Made by a program: the position numbers and the translations under genes
Notes under the pieces: model-generated
What the model saw: only the letters and a program-made list of their open reading frames with translations
Told to the model about the DNA's origin: nothing
Databases searched by the model: none
Shown here: one piece after another, positions 47,703 through 57,985 of the stretch
How the letters are laid out: each line of letters starts with the position of its first letter
How positions within the stretch are numbered: position 1 is the first letter of the stretch
Source: Terriglobia bacterium
GTDB taxonomy: Bacteria; Acidobacteriota; Terriglobia; JAJPHL01; JAPKYU01
DNA length: 64,000 nt
Assembly: GCA_965223005.1 (NCBI GenBank)
Contig: CBDCVK010000005.1
Span: 96,001 to 160,000, forward strand
Direction: 5' to 3'

Positions 47703-48773
47703 TCAAGGGCGCTGTGCGAAAAAGACTCCAACGGCCACGACGGCGCCTAACCCAAGGAAGGCCATCAAGATGATGATCAGTTCAGGAGTTCGGATAATAG
47801 CGAATGCCTCCGCGGCCGGCTGAGACACTAATACAGCCCAGCTCAAATTGCTGTAATCCTCCTTGAGCCCAGTGTCTGCAAAGCCGATGAGAGTTTCGCC
47901 TTGGTCCCTGACTTCGGAAACAATGTAACCTGTTTGGCGACTCCTTAGCACACCTAACGCATCGAAAACCGACACATATCCATCGGAGCGTACATTCGCC
48001 GAGAACGAAATATTCGGGCCGCTAACGATCCTCCCGTCACCACTCACCAAAATGACACGGCCCCGAGGGCCGACGTCGGCCCGCTCTAGGAGTGGCGTAA
48101 TGCTGGCAATGTCGATCATCGCGTGCAGCGCCCCTATAGACTGGGCTGAATCCTCCTCGAGGATGGGTACCCCAATCCCAATAAAGTTGATCCCCGTAGC
48201 CGGATCGTGCTCGATATCCAAGATGCTAATCACGCTCCTGCCTTCCGCATAGATGCTGCGCCAATCTTCTTCGTCCCCCTGAAAGTAATCGGAGGTTTTA
48301 TGAGTTGCCGCAACGGTGGCACCTTGCTCGTCGATCACCGTAATCCGCAGAAACTTGGGGTCGCGTTGAAGCATACGGCGAAGCTCACGCGAAGCCCGGT
48401 TAGACAGTACCCGGTCCACCAGCGGCTTCCCCTCGCCCTTGTTCCAGACCTCATCTCCCTTCTGCATTTTCGCGCTGATTGCAATATCGCTCATCCCCCG
48501 GTAAGACCGATTGGCAGCGACCAATACGTCGAGTACGGCAGGATTCGCTGCTATCAAAGTTATGTCTACTACAGTACTGTGGATGGAGTCAGAGATCGCG
48601 TCGGCGGTCGCGTGGGCGATCGTTGTGAAATGGCCACCGATCTCCCTCTCCGCGCTTCTAGCGGTTCGGTTAATCCCGTATAAAGCAACAAGGCTGATAG
48701 GAACGGCGATGACAAGCAGTACAACCAGCAACTTCCGCGCGGAAATTGCGAACTCAAATCTTTCCTGCAGCAT
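47703..48773 (-). CDS. Stand-alone dCache-like sensor protein (two TM, no output domain)
   Basis: TM, periplasmic Cache-like region (DYFQGDEEDW), TM, then immediate stop. Confidence 0.7.
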   Translation of the reverse strand: MLQERFEFAISARKLLVVLLVIAVPISLVALYGINRTARSAEREIGGHFTTIAHATADAISDSIHSTVVDITLIAANPAVLDVLVAANRSYRGMSDIAISAKMQKGDEVWNKGEGKPLVDRVLSNRASRELRRMLQRDPKFLRITVIDEQGATVAATHKTSDYFQGDEEDWRSIYAEGRSVISILDIEHDPATGINFIGIGVPILEEDSAQSIGALHAMIDIASITPLLERADVGPRGRVILVSGDGRIVSGPNISFSANVRSDGYVSVFDALGVLRSRQTGYIVSEVRDQGETLIGFADTGLKEDYSNLSWAVLVSQPAAEAFAIIRTPELIIILMAFLGLGAVVAVGVFFAQRP

Positions 48774-49112
48774 CGTGAGCCTCCTTGCCGGTTGAGCTAG
48801 TCAAAGTGACCTTGATTTGCATTCTACACCTTTTGCTTTTGGATTTCTTCTGTTGCCGATGCTTCGGCCGATGGCCTCATGTTCCATAAAAATACCGCAG
48901 TCCCTTAAGCCAACCACTGCACTTCGCCGGGGAACACCGCCGACACAAGCCGGAGCATTTGCTACAGAAAAGAAACAATATGGTGCCTTGCAAGCGGTAG
49001 ATTCGGTAACATGCGGGCGTGGCGGACATGGCGCGCATGAAGGATTCGGTCGCGGAAACACGTGCCCAACAGCGCTTAGCGGCCAATCAGACATGCTGAA
49101 CTCACAGGCATC

Positions 49113-49850
49113 ATGAAGATTTCGGCCACCATCATCGCCCTGAACGAGGAGCGCAATTTGCCGCGAGCCCTGGAGACGCTGGATTGCGCCGACGAGGTGG
49201 TCGTGGTGGACTCCGGCTCCACCGACCGCACCCGCGAGGTTGCTCACCGCTACGGCGCGCGCGTCATCGAGAATGCCTGGCCCGGCTACGCAGCCCAGAA
49301 GAACTTCGCCGCTGCGCAGGCCAGCCACGATTGGATTCTGTCGCTGGACGCCGACGAGGCGCTCGGCGAGAGTCTCTCGGCGGAAATCATGCGCCTGAAG
49401 CAGGAGGAGCCGCGTGCGGCCGGCTACCGCATGCCCCGCCGCGCCCAATATCTGGGTCGATGGATCCTGCACTCCGGCTGGTATCCCGACCATAAGCTGC
49501 GGCTCTACGATCGCCGCCGTGGGCGCTGGGCGGGACAATACATCCACGAAAGCGTCGAGGTAGAAGGACCCGTGGAGATGCTCGAGGCTGACCTGCTGCA
49601 CTACACCTGTGATTCGCTGAGCCAGCACATGCGCACTCTGGATCGCTACACTACGCTGGCCGCGCAGGAGCTGCGCACCCAGGGACGCCAGGCCACCGCG
49701 GCTCGCCTGATGCTGGCTCCACCCCTGACCTTCCTGAAGACCTACCTGCTGCAGCAAGGCTTTCGCGACGGCTATCCGGGACTGCTCATCTCGGCTATGG
49801 CCGCCTGGTACGTCTTCCTGAAGTGGGCCAAGACGCGAGAACCCGGATGA
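49113..49850 (+). CDS. GT2 glycosyltransferase (WaaE/KdtX-like)
   Basis: IIALNEE, VDSGSTDRT, WILSLDADE, WYPD, IHE. Confidence 0.9.
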   Translation: MKISATIIALNEERNLPRALETLDCADEVVVVDSGSTDRTREVAHRYGARVIENAWPGYAAQKNFAAAQASHDWILSLDADEALGESLSAEIMRLKQEEPRAAGYRMPRRAQYLGRWILHSGWYPDHKLRLYDRRRGRWAGQYIHESVEVEGPVEMLEADLLHYTCDSLSQHMRTLDRYTTLAAQELRTQGRQATAARLMLAPPLTFLKTYLLQQGFRDGYPGLLISAMAAWYVFLKWAKTREPG

Positions 49851-50884
49851 ATATCCTTCACCTGGACAACGGGCGCCAGTTGCGCGGCGGTCAGTGGCAG
49901 GTGTTGCTCCTGATGCAGGCGCTAAGTCGGCGCGGGCACCGCCAGCAACTGCTGGCGCGGCCCGGATCTCCACTGCTCGAGCGGGCGCGGCGCGCCGGCT
50001 TCGCCGTTGAACCCTCACGCCTGGGCTGGCGTCTGCCTCCCGGGAGTGGCTTCCCTGCCGACCTGATTCACGCGCACGATGCCGCTTCGCACACGGCGGC
50101 CGTCCTGCGGCGCAGGCGGGCACCGCTAGTGGTCTCGCGGCGGGTCAGCTTTCCAGTGGGACGCGGATGGCTCTCGCGCTGGAAATACGCGCGCGCTGCA
50201 CACTACATCGCCGTGTCGCACTACGTCGCGCGTCAGCTGCGCTCGGTCGGCATCCCACAGGAACGCATCGCGGTAGTCCTCGATGGCGTTTCCCTGCCCG
50301 TCCTGACCCAGCGCGGCGAGCAGCGCGCGGCATTTCGCCGCCGCTGGAATCTCCCCGCCGAGACCTTCGTCGCCGGGACGTTGACGAGCCTGCGCGAGAA
50401 GCCGATCCTCCCGCTACTGGAGGCCGCAGAGGGTCGCCAGCGAATGCATCTCCTGGTCGCGTCCAGCGATACGGCAGATCTCTTAACCCGGCCCAGAGCC
50501 TTCGCCGGAGCCAGCAACATTCACTTCCTCCGTCCTGAAGCCGATGCCTCCCCGTTCCTGTTCGCGCTGGACGCGTTTGTGCACCTGTCAGACTCCGAAG
50601 GGCTGGGCTCGGCGTCGCTTCTGGCCATGGCCCACGGCCTGCCTGTGGTCGCCAGCAACGTCGGCGGCCTGCCGGAGATTGTGCTCGAGGGTGAAACCGG
50701 GCTGCTGGTGGAGAACCAGGCCGGCGAAGTGGGCGCGGGTCTGGAAAAGCTACTGGCGGACCGGGAACTGGCGGCAGGCATGGGTCGCCGGGCGCGCCAG
50801 TTCGTTGAGGCTCGGGCAACGGATGATATAATGGCTGAAGCTTCGGAGCGCGTGTACCTGGAGGCCCTTCGGAGTCTCAGTTGA
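49847..50884 (+). CDS. GT4 glycosyltransferase
   Basis: RGGQWQ, EGLGSASLLAMA.GLPVVASNVGGLPE. Confidence 0.9.
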   Translation: MNILHLDNGRQLRGGQWQVLLLMQALSRRGHRQQLLARPGSPLLERARRAGFAVEPSRLGWRLPPGSGFPADLIHAHDAASHTAAVLRRRRAPLVVSRRVSFPVGRGWLSRWKYARAAHYIAVSHYVARQLRSVGIPQERIAVVLDGVSLPVLTQRGEQRAAFRRRWNLPAETFVAGTLTSLREKPILPLLEAAEGRQRMHLLVASSDTADLLTRPRAFAGASNIHFLRPEADASPFLFALDAFVHLSDSEGLGSASLLAMAHGLPVVASNVGGLPEIVLEGETGLLVENQAGEVGAGLEKLLADRELAAGMGRRARQFVEARATDDIMAEASERVYLEALRSLS

Positions 50885-50923
50885 ACTGAGGGGTTACAAG
50901 CAAGGACAATTCGCGCGTCAGAC

Positions 50924-51748
50924 GTGTTCCCACTTTCGGCATTCCTCTTCGGCCTGGTTATCGGCAGCTTCCTGAATGTGGTCATCCACCGCGTGCCGCG
51001 CGGGAAATCCGTTGTCGCTCCCCGCTCGCGGTGCCCGCACTGCGGCCACCAGATCGCCTGGTACGAGAACATTCCCCTGGCCAGCTACTTGGCGCTGCGA
51101 GGGCGTTGCAGCTCTTGCGGGGTGCCGATCTCTGTCCGGTACTTCATGGTGGAGTTGCTGACCGGAGCTATCTTTGCAATCCTGGCCGCCGTCTTCGGCT
51201 TCGGATTGCCGTTCCTCAAATACGCCCTGTTCGCCTCGCTGACCATTGCGCTGATGTTCATTGATCTTGCCGATCGCTTGCTCCCCGATGTCCTCACATT
51301 CCCGGGAATGGTGGCCGGGCTGGTTTTCAGCCTGCTGGTCCCGGTGGGCGACGGCAGCGCGGCGGCGCTGCTGCGAGTGGGTGGCTTGCGGCCGGACTCT
51401 TTGCAACTGCTGTCGCTGGCCGATGCCCTGTTGGGCGGCCTTGTCGGTGCGGGCGTACTCTGGTTTGTTGCGGAAGCCTACAAGCGGCTGCGGCATCGCG
51501 AGGGCCTGGGCTTTGGCGACGTGAAGCTAATGGCGCTGGTCGGCGCCTTCCTGGGGCCCGCACTGGCACTGCTGACCATCTTCCTGGGCTCGCTGCTCGG
51601 CACGGTGATTGGCGGCTCCTACATATTGCTCGGGGGGAAGGACAGCCAGTACGAATTGCCCTTCGGAACCTTTCTGGGTCTTACGGCGCTGGTCTCGGCG
51701 ATGTGGGGCAGGGAGATTGTGCATTGGTACCTGTTTCTCTCTTTCTAA
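50924..51748 (+). CDS. pilD: Type IV prepilin peptidase
   Basis: GSFLNVVIHRVP, CPHC/CSSC, ID....LP, GFGDVKL, LPFGTFL. Confidence 0.93.
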   Translation: MFPLSAFLFGLVIGSFLNVVIHRVPRGKSVVAPRSRCPHCGHQIAWYENIPLASYLALRGRCSSCGVPISVRYFMVELLTGAIFAILAAVFGFGLPFLKYALFASLTIALMFIDLADRLLPDVLTFPGMVAGLVFSLLVPVGDGSAAALLRVGGLRPDSLQLLSLADALLGGLVGAGVLWFVAEAYKRLRHREGLGFGDVKLMALVGAFLGPALALLTIFLGSLLGTVIGGSYILLGGKDSQYELPFGTFLGLTALVSAMWGREIVHWYLFLSF

Positions 51749-51793
51749 CTTGGCTGCCAGCGGTATTCCCCGACAGCCCCGGGGCGGGCGGCG

Positions 51794-53157
51794 ATGAGCC
51801 CCGGTCGCTACTCATCAATTTGCTGGCGTTGTCGGTGGTGGCGCTGGTTCTTCTGGTGGTAGCGATGCTGCTGGTACGCCGGGTTTTCAAGAAAGTTGAC
51901 GCCAAACCCAGCCTCGAACCGCAGTCGGGTACCGGCAGGACTGCGGACGATTCCGCCTTCGCTATGGCTGCCTTCCAGGGCGTCATCCAGCGTCTGCGCG
52001 AGCAGGAAAAGGAACTGGAGCGGTTGCACCACGCCGAGCGCCAGCGAGCCCAGCAGAGCGCTCAGCTCACCGCCGCCATCCTGCACAACCTGGCTACCGG
52101 AGTGCTGATGGTCAGCGCGCAGGAACTCATCACCGGGTCGAATCCGGCTGCGAAGGAGATGCTGGGACACCAGCTCCTGGAGGGGCGGAGTTTCCGCGAG
52201 GTCCTGGGACAGACCCGAGAGCTGTCCCACGCCACCTCGGCGCTGGCCGAGATGCTGGAAACCTGCCTGCACACAGGCCAGGGGTTCCATCGCATCACGG
52301 TGCCCTACCGCGCTCCCACGGGCGAAAACAAGGTTCTGGGGGTGGGCATGGCGCCGATTCAGCAGGAGAGCCGGGAGGGCGGTGTCATATGCCTGCTCAG
52401 CGACCTCACGGAGATGGCCGCCCTACAACAGCAGGTACGGCTGAAGGAAAGCCTGGCGGCGCTGGGCGAGATGTCGGCCGGGATCGCCCATGAATTCAAG
52501 AACTCGCTGGCCACAATTTCCGGCTACGGACAATTGATACGTCAGGAAGAGAGTCTGGAGACCGCACGCCAGCATGCGGCACGTCTGGTCGGCGAGACCC
52601 AGTTCCTCACTCAGGTCGTCAATGACTTTTTGAATTTCTCGCGCCTGCTGAACCTAGTCGCCTGCGACGTTTCTACGCGTGAGCTGATCGAGCGGAGCTT
52701 TCAGGAAATTGCCGGGCAAGGCGAGTTCCTTGGGGTGACGCTGGAGTTGGCCGGCGAGTTTCCTACCGTGACGGCCGACCAGACCCTACTGCGGCAGTGT
52801 TTTGCCAACCTGCTGCGCAACGGCTGCGAAGCGATTGCCCAGGGCGGCCGGCCCGGACGCATTGTTGTGGATGGCCAGTTGGAACGAACCGAGAGCAGTC
52901 CGATCCTCCGGCTGCGGTTCACCGACAATGGGCCGGGGATTCCCCCGGAGAACCTCGATAAAGTCTTTATTCCTTTCTTCACCACCAAGAACGAGGGAAC
53001 CGGTTTAGGGCTGGCGCTCGTCCATAAGATTGTGGTGAACCACAACGGGAAGATCCAGGTGGCAAGCGCGGCTGGCGGTGGGACCACCTTTACGGTGACG
53101 CTGCCGCTGGTGGCCACAGGCGCTCCGGCTCCATCAGGTGCAGGCGGTGGCACCTGA
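51794..53157 (+). CDS. PilS/NtrB-like sensor histidine kinase (start uncertain; ATG 51794 is one base out of frame)
   Basis: Single TM, PAS-like region, AHEFKNSL H-box, NLLRNG, DNGPGI, FFTTK, GTGLGL. Confidence 0.88.
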
Positions 53158-53276
53158 GCAGCGCGTTTCCTTGATTTGCGCCACTGCGAGCGCTAAACTC
53201 GGCTTAGTCGAGAATGCGGGTCGTGAATTTGGGCCGCGATCTTGGCTACGGCACGCATGACGGAAGGACGGTTCTT

Positions 53277-53843
53277 ATGAACGGGCATCTCGGGCGAGTT
53301 TCCCAAATGCTGGTCCTGTTGGCAGCGCTGTTGCTGGCGGCGACTGCTTCGGCGCAGTCGCTCGGCGAGTTGGCACGCCGGGCACGGGTGAAAAAGGCCA
53401 GGCAGCCCAAGGCCACCCGCGTCTACACGAACGACACCCTGCCCGGGGGAGGTCGTATGAGCACCGCTGCGGTCACAACTGAGACGAAAGCCAAGCCTGG
53501 GGAAAAGGCAAAAGAAGACAAAACGGCGGAACCGGCAGAAGGCAAGAAGTCCCGGGCCGAACTAGAAAAGGAGTACCGCGAGAGGGCCGGCAAGCTGCGT
53601 GAGAACCTCACCCTCGAGGAGCGGAGACTGGAGGTGCTCAAGCGCGAATTTAACATGGCCAACGTGCAGTTTTACTCCGATCCTAACGCCGCGCTGCGCG
53701 AGCAAACTGCCCGCGCCGAACTCACAGCCCGCCAACAGGAGCTCGAACAGCAAAAGGCCGCCATTGCGGCCGCCCGGAAAGCCATCGCCGACCGCGAAGA
53801 GGAGTTGCGCCGAAAGGGACTACCGCCCGGTTGGGCCCGCTAA
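53277..53843 (+). CDS. Secreted coiled-coil hypothetical protein
   Basis: Signal peptide; QSLGELAR, VYTND, C-terminal GLPPGWAR. Confidence 0.75.
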   Translation: MNGHLGRVSQMLVLLAALLLAATASAQSLGELARRARVKKARQPKATRVYTNDTLPGGGRMSTAAVTTETKAKPGEKAKEDKTAEPAEGKKSRAELEKEYRERAGKLRENLTLEERRLEVLKREFNMANVQFYSDPNAALREQTARAELTARQQELEQQKAAIAAARKAIADREEELRRKGLPPGWAR

Positions 53844-53848
53844 TCGGG

Positions 53849-55234
53849 ATGGCCGAACCCCTCCTGCTGGTTGAGGACAAGGCCGAACTCCGCCAGATGC
53901 TGAAGCTGGCGCTGGAAAAAGCTGGGTTCCGCGTCGAGGATGCTGGCGACGGAACTCAGGCCTCTCACCTGCTCCATTCCCAACCCTTCTCCCTGCTGCT
54001 CACAGACCTGAAGCTGCCAGGCCGCTCCGGCCTGGAACTGCTTCGCCAGGCCCAGGAGATGGACCCCGGCATGCCGGTGGTGCTGCTAACCGCCTACGGC
54101 TCGATCGAGGAAGCCGTGCAGGCGATGAAGGGCGGAGCCTACGACTTCATCCAGAAGCCGGTGGACCTGGAACACCTAAAGCTGCTGCTGGAGCGCGCCC
54201 TGCTCCAGCGACAACTGGTGCGCGAGAACCTGCTGCTGAAGGAGGAAGCGGCAGTCCGGTATGGGTTTCCCCGTATCATCGCCGAGCATCCTTCGATGGT
54301 AGCAGTCGCCCGCGACGTGCAGCGCGTTGCTCCAACGGAAACCACTGTCTTGCTGTTGGGCGAAAGCGGCACCGGCAAAGAACTATTCGCCCGTGCCATC
54401 CACTCTCTGAGCTCCCGCAAAGACAGGCTGTTTGTAGCCCTGAACTGTGCCGCCATCCCTGAGGGACTGGTGGAGAACGAACTGTTCGGGCACGAAAAGG
54501 GTGCCTACACCGGAGCTGGGGCGCGCAAGATCGGCAAGTTCGAGTTGGCCCACCGCGGCACCATCTTCCTGGACGAGATCGGTGAGTTGCCGCTGGCGGT
54601 GCAGTCCAAGATTCTGCGAGTGTTGGAAGAGCGCGCCTTCGAGCGGGTGGGCGGCCTCCAGCGGATCGAGGTGGATGTGCGCATTCTGGTCGCCACCAAC
54701 CGCGACCTGCGCCAGGCGGTCGCGGAAAAGAGCTTCCGGGAAGATTTGTACTTCCGCATATCTACCGTTCCCATCACCATCCCGCCGTTGCGCGAGCGCG
54801 ACGCCGACATCTTGCTACTGGCCCGTGCTTTCCTGCACCACTACGCCGGCGAATTCCGAAAGGGTGGCCTGCGGCTTTCGCCGCAAGCTGAGAAGGCCCT
54901 ACTGGCCTACTACTGGCCTGGCAACGTCCGGGAATTGCAGAATAGCATCGAGCGCGCCGTCATCCTTTGCGACCGGGCCTCCGCCTGCATCCAGCCCGAA
55001 GACCTGGTTCTGCAGGCTCCGGCAGTTGCTCACTCCGAGCCGGAGCTGGGCCCCGAGCCGTTCAACTGGGTAGGACCGCTGGAGGAAGTCAGCCGGCGGG
55101 CCGTGACCCTGGTGGAAAAGGCCAAGATTCTGGGGGCCCTCAAGGAAGCGCGCTGGAATAAGATGAAAGCCGCCGAAAAACTGGGCATCGCGTACAAGAC
55201 TCTGCTGGCTAAGGCCCGCGCTTTGAACCTTTAG
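53849..55234 (+). CDS. Sigma54-dependent response regulator (PilR/NtrC family)
   Basis: REC domain; GESGTGKE, ELFGHEKGAYTGA, FLDEIG, WPGNVREL, Fis HTH. Confidence 0.93.
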   Translation: MAEPLLLVEDKAELRQMLKLALEKAGFRVEDAGDGTQASHLLHSQPFSLLLTDLKLPGRSGLELLRQAQEMDPGMPVVLLTAYGSIEEAVQAMKGGAYDFIQKPVDLEHLKLLLERALLQRQLVRENLLLKEEAAVRYGFPRIIAEHPSMVAVARDVQRVAPTETTVLLLGESGTGKELFARAIHSLSSRKDRLFVALNCAAIPEGLVENELFGHEKGAYTGAGARKIGKFELAHRGTIFLDEIGELPLAVQSKILRVLEERAFERVGGLQRIEVDVRILVATNRDLRQAVAEKSFREDLYFRISTVPITIPPLRERDADILLLARAFLHHYAGEFRKGGLRLSPQAEKALLAYYWPGNVRELQNSIERAVILCDRASACIQPEDLVLQAPAVAHSEPELGPEPFNWVGPLEEVSRRAVTLVEKAKILGALKEARWNKMKAAEKLGIAYKTLLAKARALNL

Positions 55235-55308
55235 TACAAAGTGCCCGCGGGCGCCTGTGACCGCGGAGACGGTAGCTATCGCACGCGACACGTCACTACC
55301 GAAAGCCG

Positions 55309-55770
55309 ATGCAACTGTTCACCGTCAAGGACACCACCTACGTACTGTTTGAGCCAGATCAGGAAGAGCTGCAGAAGATCGCTGCCGAGGCCGGCTTTCA
55401 GACCGAGATCCAGAAGCAGCAGCGGGCCTTGCTGATCTCGCTGCTCCCCGTCGAGCGGCGCCCTATGTTCTTTGACGCTGCCAACCCACGCCAGGTGGGC
55501 CGGCTGGCAGCGGCCCGCACCTTCGTCAGCGGGAGCACCGGCACGGTGTTCAACACCCCATTCGCCCTGGAACCGCTCAGCAGCGCGGGGATTGGGGTCC
55601 GCTTGGCCACGGAAGTGCGGCAGGACCTGACGCGCAATTTTCCGCACGGCCCCAGCGAAGCCTCACTAATGGAGTTGTTCCAGCAACTGGTCGAAGACCT
55701 GGCCGCCGGTATGGTGGGTGTCTGTGGCCTCTTCCCCCAGAATCAGCCTCCGTCCCATCTCTCTGCCTAG
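55309..55770 (+). CDS. Hypothetical protein
   Basis: 153-aa ORF with genome-like codon usage; no recognised motif. Confidence 0.55.
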   Translation: MQLFTVKDTTYVLFEPDQEELQKIAAEAGFQTEIQKQQRALLISLLPVERRPMFFDAANPRQVGRLAAARTFVSGSTGTVFNTPFALEPLSSAGIGVRLATEVRQDLTRNFPHGPSEASLMELFQQLVEDLAAGMVGVCGLFPQNQPPSHLSA

Positions 55771-55892
55771 CCCGCCACCAAGCAGCTCAGTGCTGCGCTT
55801 CGGTTGGCAAAGTGCTCCTGGGAAATCTTCCTTCTCCAGGCAGCACAAGGCCAGCACATGGGAGGAGTTGCGGGGTAAAGAACTGCTTGCGA

Positions 55893-56516
55893 TTACTGCT
55901 CAATGTAACCAAAGGCGACCAGACGGGCACGGATCTTTTCCGCCTCCTCCGGCCGGTCAGCAGGCGACCCGGGCGGTTCAATCAGCTGCAGTTGCTCCAG
56001 CTTGGCCAGAACGCGAGCGGCCGAGGCGGCCGGAGGTTCCCCGTCCGTCTCGAGCACCAATTCCGGATTGAGCGGCGCCTCGTAGGGATCATCAACTCCG
56101 GTGAAGTTCTTGATCTCGCCAGCGAGTGCTCGCTTGTACAGACCCTTAACATCGCGCTGGCTGCAAATTTCCACGGGAGCATTCACGTACATCTCCACAA
56201 AATTCTCAATGGTGGCACGAACTTTCTCGCGGGTGGCTCGGTAGGGGGAGATGGCGGCAGCGATGGCCGCCACACCATGCCTACTGAGGATCTGGCAGAG
56301 GAAACCGATGCGCAGGATGTTCGTGTCGCGATCCTCCTTGCTGAAGCCCAGGTTCTTGCACAAATGGGTGCGGACGACTTCGGCGTCCAGAACCTCGATG
56401 GCCCGCCCGCGGCGCATCAGTTCTTCGCCGACCAATTGCGCCAGCGTGGATTTACCTGAGCACGGCAGACCGGTGAACCACAGCGTAAACCCTTTGTTTC
56501 TCATGTTGGGATTCAT
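55893..56516 (-). CDS. cysC: Adenylyl-sulfate kinase with a C-terminal extension
   Basis: WFTGLPCSGKST, LGFSKEDRDTN, ISPY, RDVKGLYKRA, FTGVDDPYEAP; ATGA overlap with sat. Confidence 0.95.
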   Translation of the reverse strand: MNPNMRNKGFTLWFTGLPCSGKSTLAQLVGEELMRRGRAIEVLDAEVVRTHLCKNLGFSKEDRDTNILRIGFLCQILSRHGVAAIAAAISPYRATREKVRATIENFVEMYVNAPVEICSQRDVKGLYKRALAGEIKNFTGVDDPYEAPLNPELVLETDGEPPAASAARVLAKLEQLQLIEPPGSPADRPEEAEKIRARLVAFGYIEQ

Positions 56517-57715
56517 CTGTTGGGATTGCCTGCCTCGCGGCAAGGGACTTGACTGCCGAGATCCTTCTGGCGGTAGGCCTCACGGAGGATTTCCCCCACT
56601 TCAGGCCGTGTGAACTCCACCGGCAGCTTCTGGCCGTCACGGAGCAGTTCGCGCACTTTGGTACCGCTCAGAATCAGCCGCTCCTGCGCCCCGTGCGGGC
56701 AGGTCTTCTCCGACGCGATTTGCCCGCACTTCTTGCAGTAAAAAGTGGCGCCGAAGAAAAGGGGCGTGATGTCCAGCTCGCCCGGCTCAAATTCAACAAA
56801 TTTCCTCTGTGCGTCATAGGGTCCGTAAAAATTGCCGACCCCGGCATGATCGCGACCAACGATGAAGTGTGTACAGCCATAGTTCTTACGGACCAGGGCA
56901 TGGAAGATCGCCTCGCGGGGACCCGCGTAGCGCATCGCCGCCGGATACAGGCTCAGGACGCAGTGCCGCGCTGGCAGCGCGTCACGCAGCAAGGCCAGGT
57001 AGCACTCCACGCGGACCTCAGCGGGCACGTCCTCTTCCTGAGTAGCGCCCACCAGAGGGTGGAGCAGCAGGCCATCGACGGTCTCCAGCGCGCATCTGAG
57101 TATGTACTCGTGAGCCCGGTGAATGGGATTGCGCGTTTGGAAGGCAACGATGGTGCGCCAGCGTCGGTAATCGAACAGGAACCGGGTTTCCTTCGGGTCC
57201 AGCGTGTATTTAGCGAAGGGTCCGCGGTCGGAGCGCTCTAGCAGACTGATGGGCCCGGCCAAGCAGTAGTCGCCGACACTGCGCAGGTAGCGGACGCCCG
57301 GGTGCTGGTCGCTGTCGGTCAGCAGCACGGCCTGCGCTTCGCGCTGCCGGTCATACTGGAACACCTCCTCGAGGTGGAGCACGGCGCGCAGGTGGCCCTG
57401 CGCGTCAGCCAGAGCCACCTCCTCGGGCCCCCCGAGTCGCTGGACCTCCTCTTTAGCGACTGCCAGGGTGACCGGGATGGTCCAGGGGAGGCCGCTGGTG
57501 AGCCGCTGCTGGGTCAGGACGCTTTCATAGTCACGCTGGCCCATAAAGCCCTCCAGCGGCGAGAAGGCGCCAATGGCGATCAGCTCTACGTCGGAGATCT
57601 GGCGCGAGTTCAACTGCAGGCGCGGCAGGCGTTCGGCCCGCTCGTGCCACTGCTGGCGCGCCTGATCTTCCAGCACGCGGTTGATTAGCCTGCCACCGTG
57701 AGGTCGGTTGGACAT
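56513..57715 (-). CDS. sat: Sulfate adenylyltransferase (Sat type)
   Basis: PHGG, GAFSPLEGFM, FQTRNPIHRAH, MRYAGPREA, HFIVGRDHAG, LSGTKVR. Confidence 0.95.
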   Translation of the reverse strand: MSNRPHGGRLINRVLEDQARQQWHERAERLPRLQLNSRQISDVELIAIGAFSPLEGFMGQRDYESVLTQQRLTSGLPWTIPVTLAVAKEEVQRLGGPEEVALADAQGHLRAVLHLEEVFQYDRQREAQAVLLTDSDQHPGVRYLRSVGDYCLAGPISLLERSDRGPFAKYTLDPKETRFLFDYRRWRTIVAFQTRNPIHRAHEYILRCALETVDGLLLHPLVGATQEEDVPAEVRVECYLALLRDALPARHCVLSLYPAAMRYAGPREAIFHALVRKNYGCTHFIVGRDHAGVGNFYGPYDAQRKFVEFEPGELDITPLFFGATFYCKKCGQIASEKTCPHGAQERLILSGTKVRELLRDGQKLPVEFTRPEVGEILREAYRQKDLGSQVPCREAGNPNR

Positions 57716-57985
57716 GATCCTCCAGGAATGGGACGCAACAGCGGAGCCTTGCAGCACTCAGACAGCCAAGGAGGAAAAGTCCTCACTGCCGCCCGTCTAG
57801 CACACCCCGGCCCTTCCAGCCTTCATACTGGGCGATCACCCCGTCAAAATCGACCGCAATCGTGCGCCGGGAATTTCTGCCTCTACTGGCCATTCGTCCC
57901 TTTGGAATCTAGTAACATACTCCAGCGGAAAGGGGAGCGTCAATTTGTTGCCTGACACCGGTCGCTGCCCGACGCCGGTCGAGCG

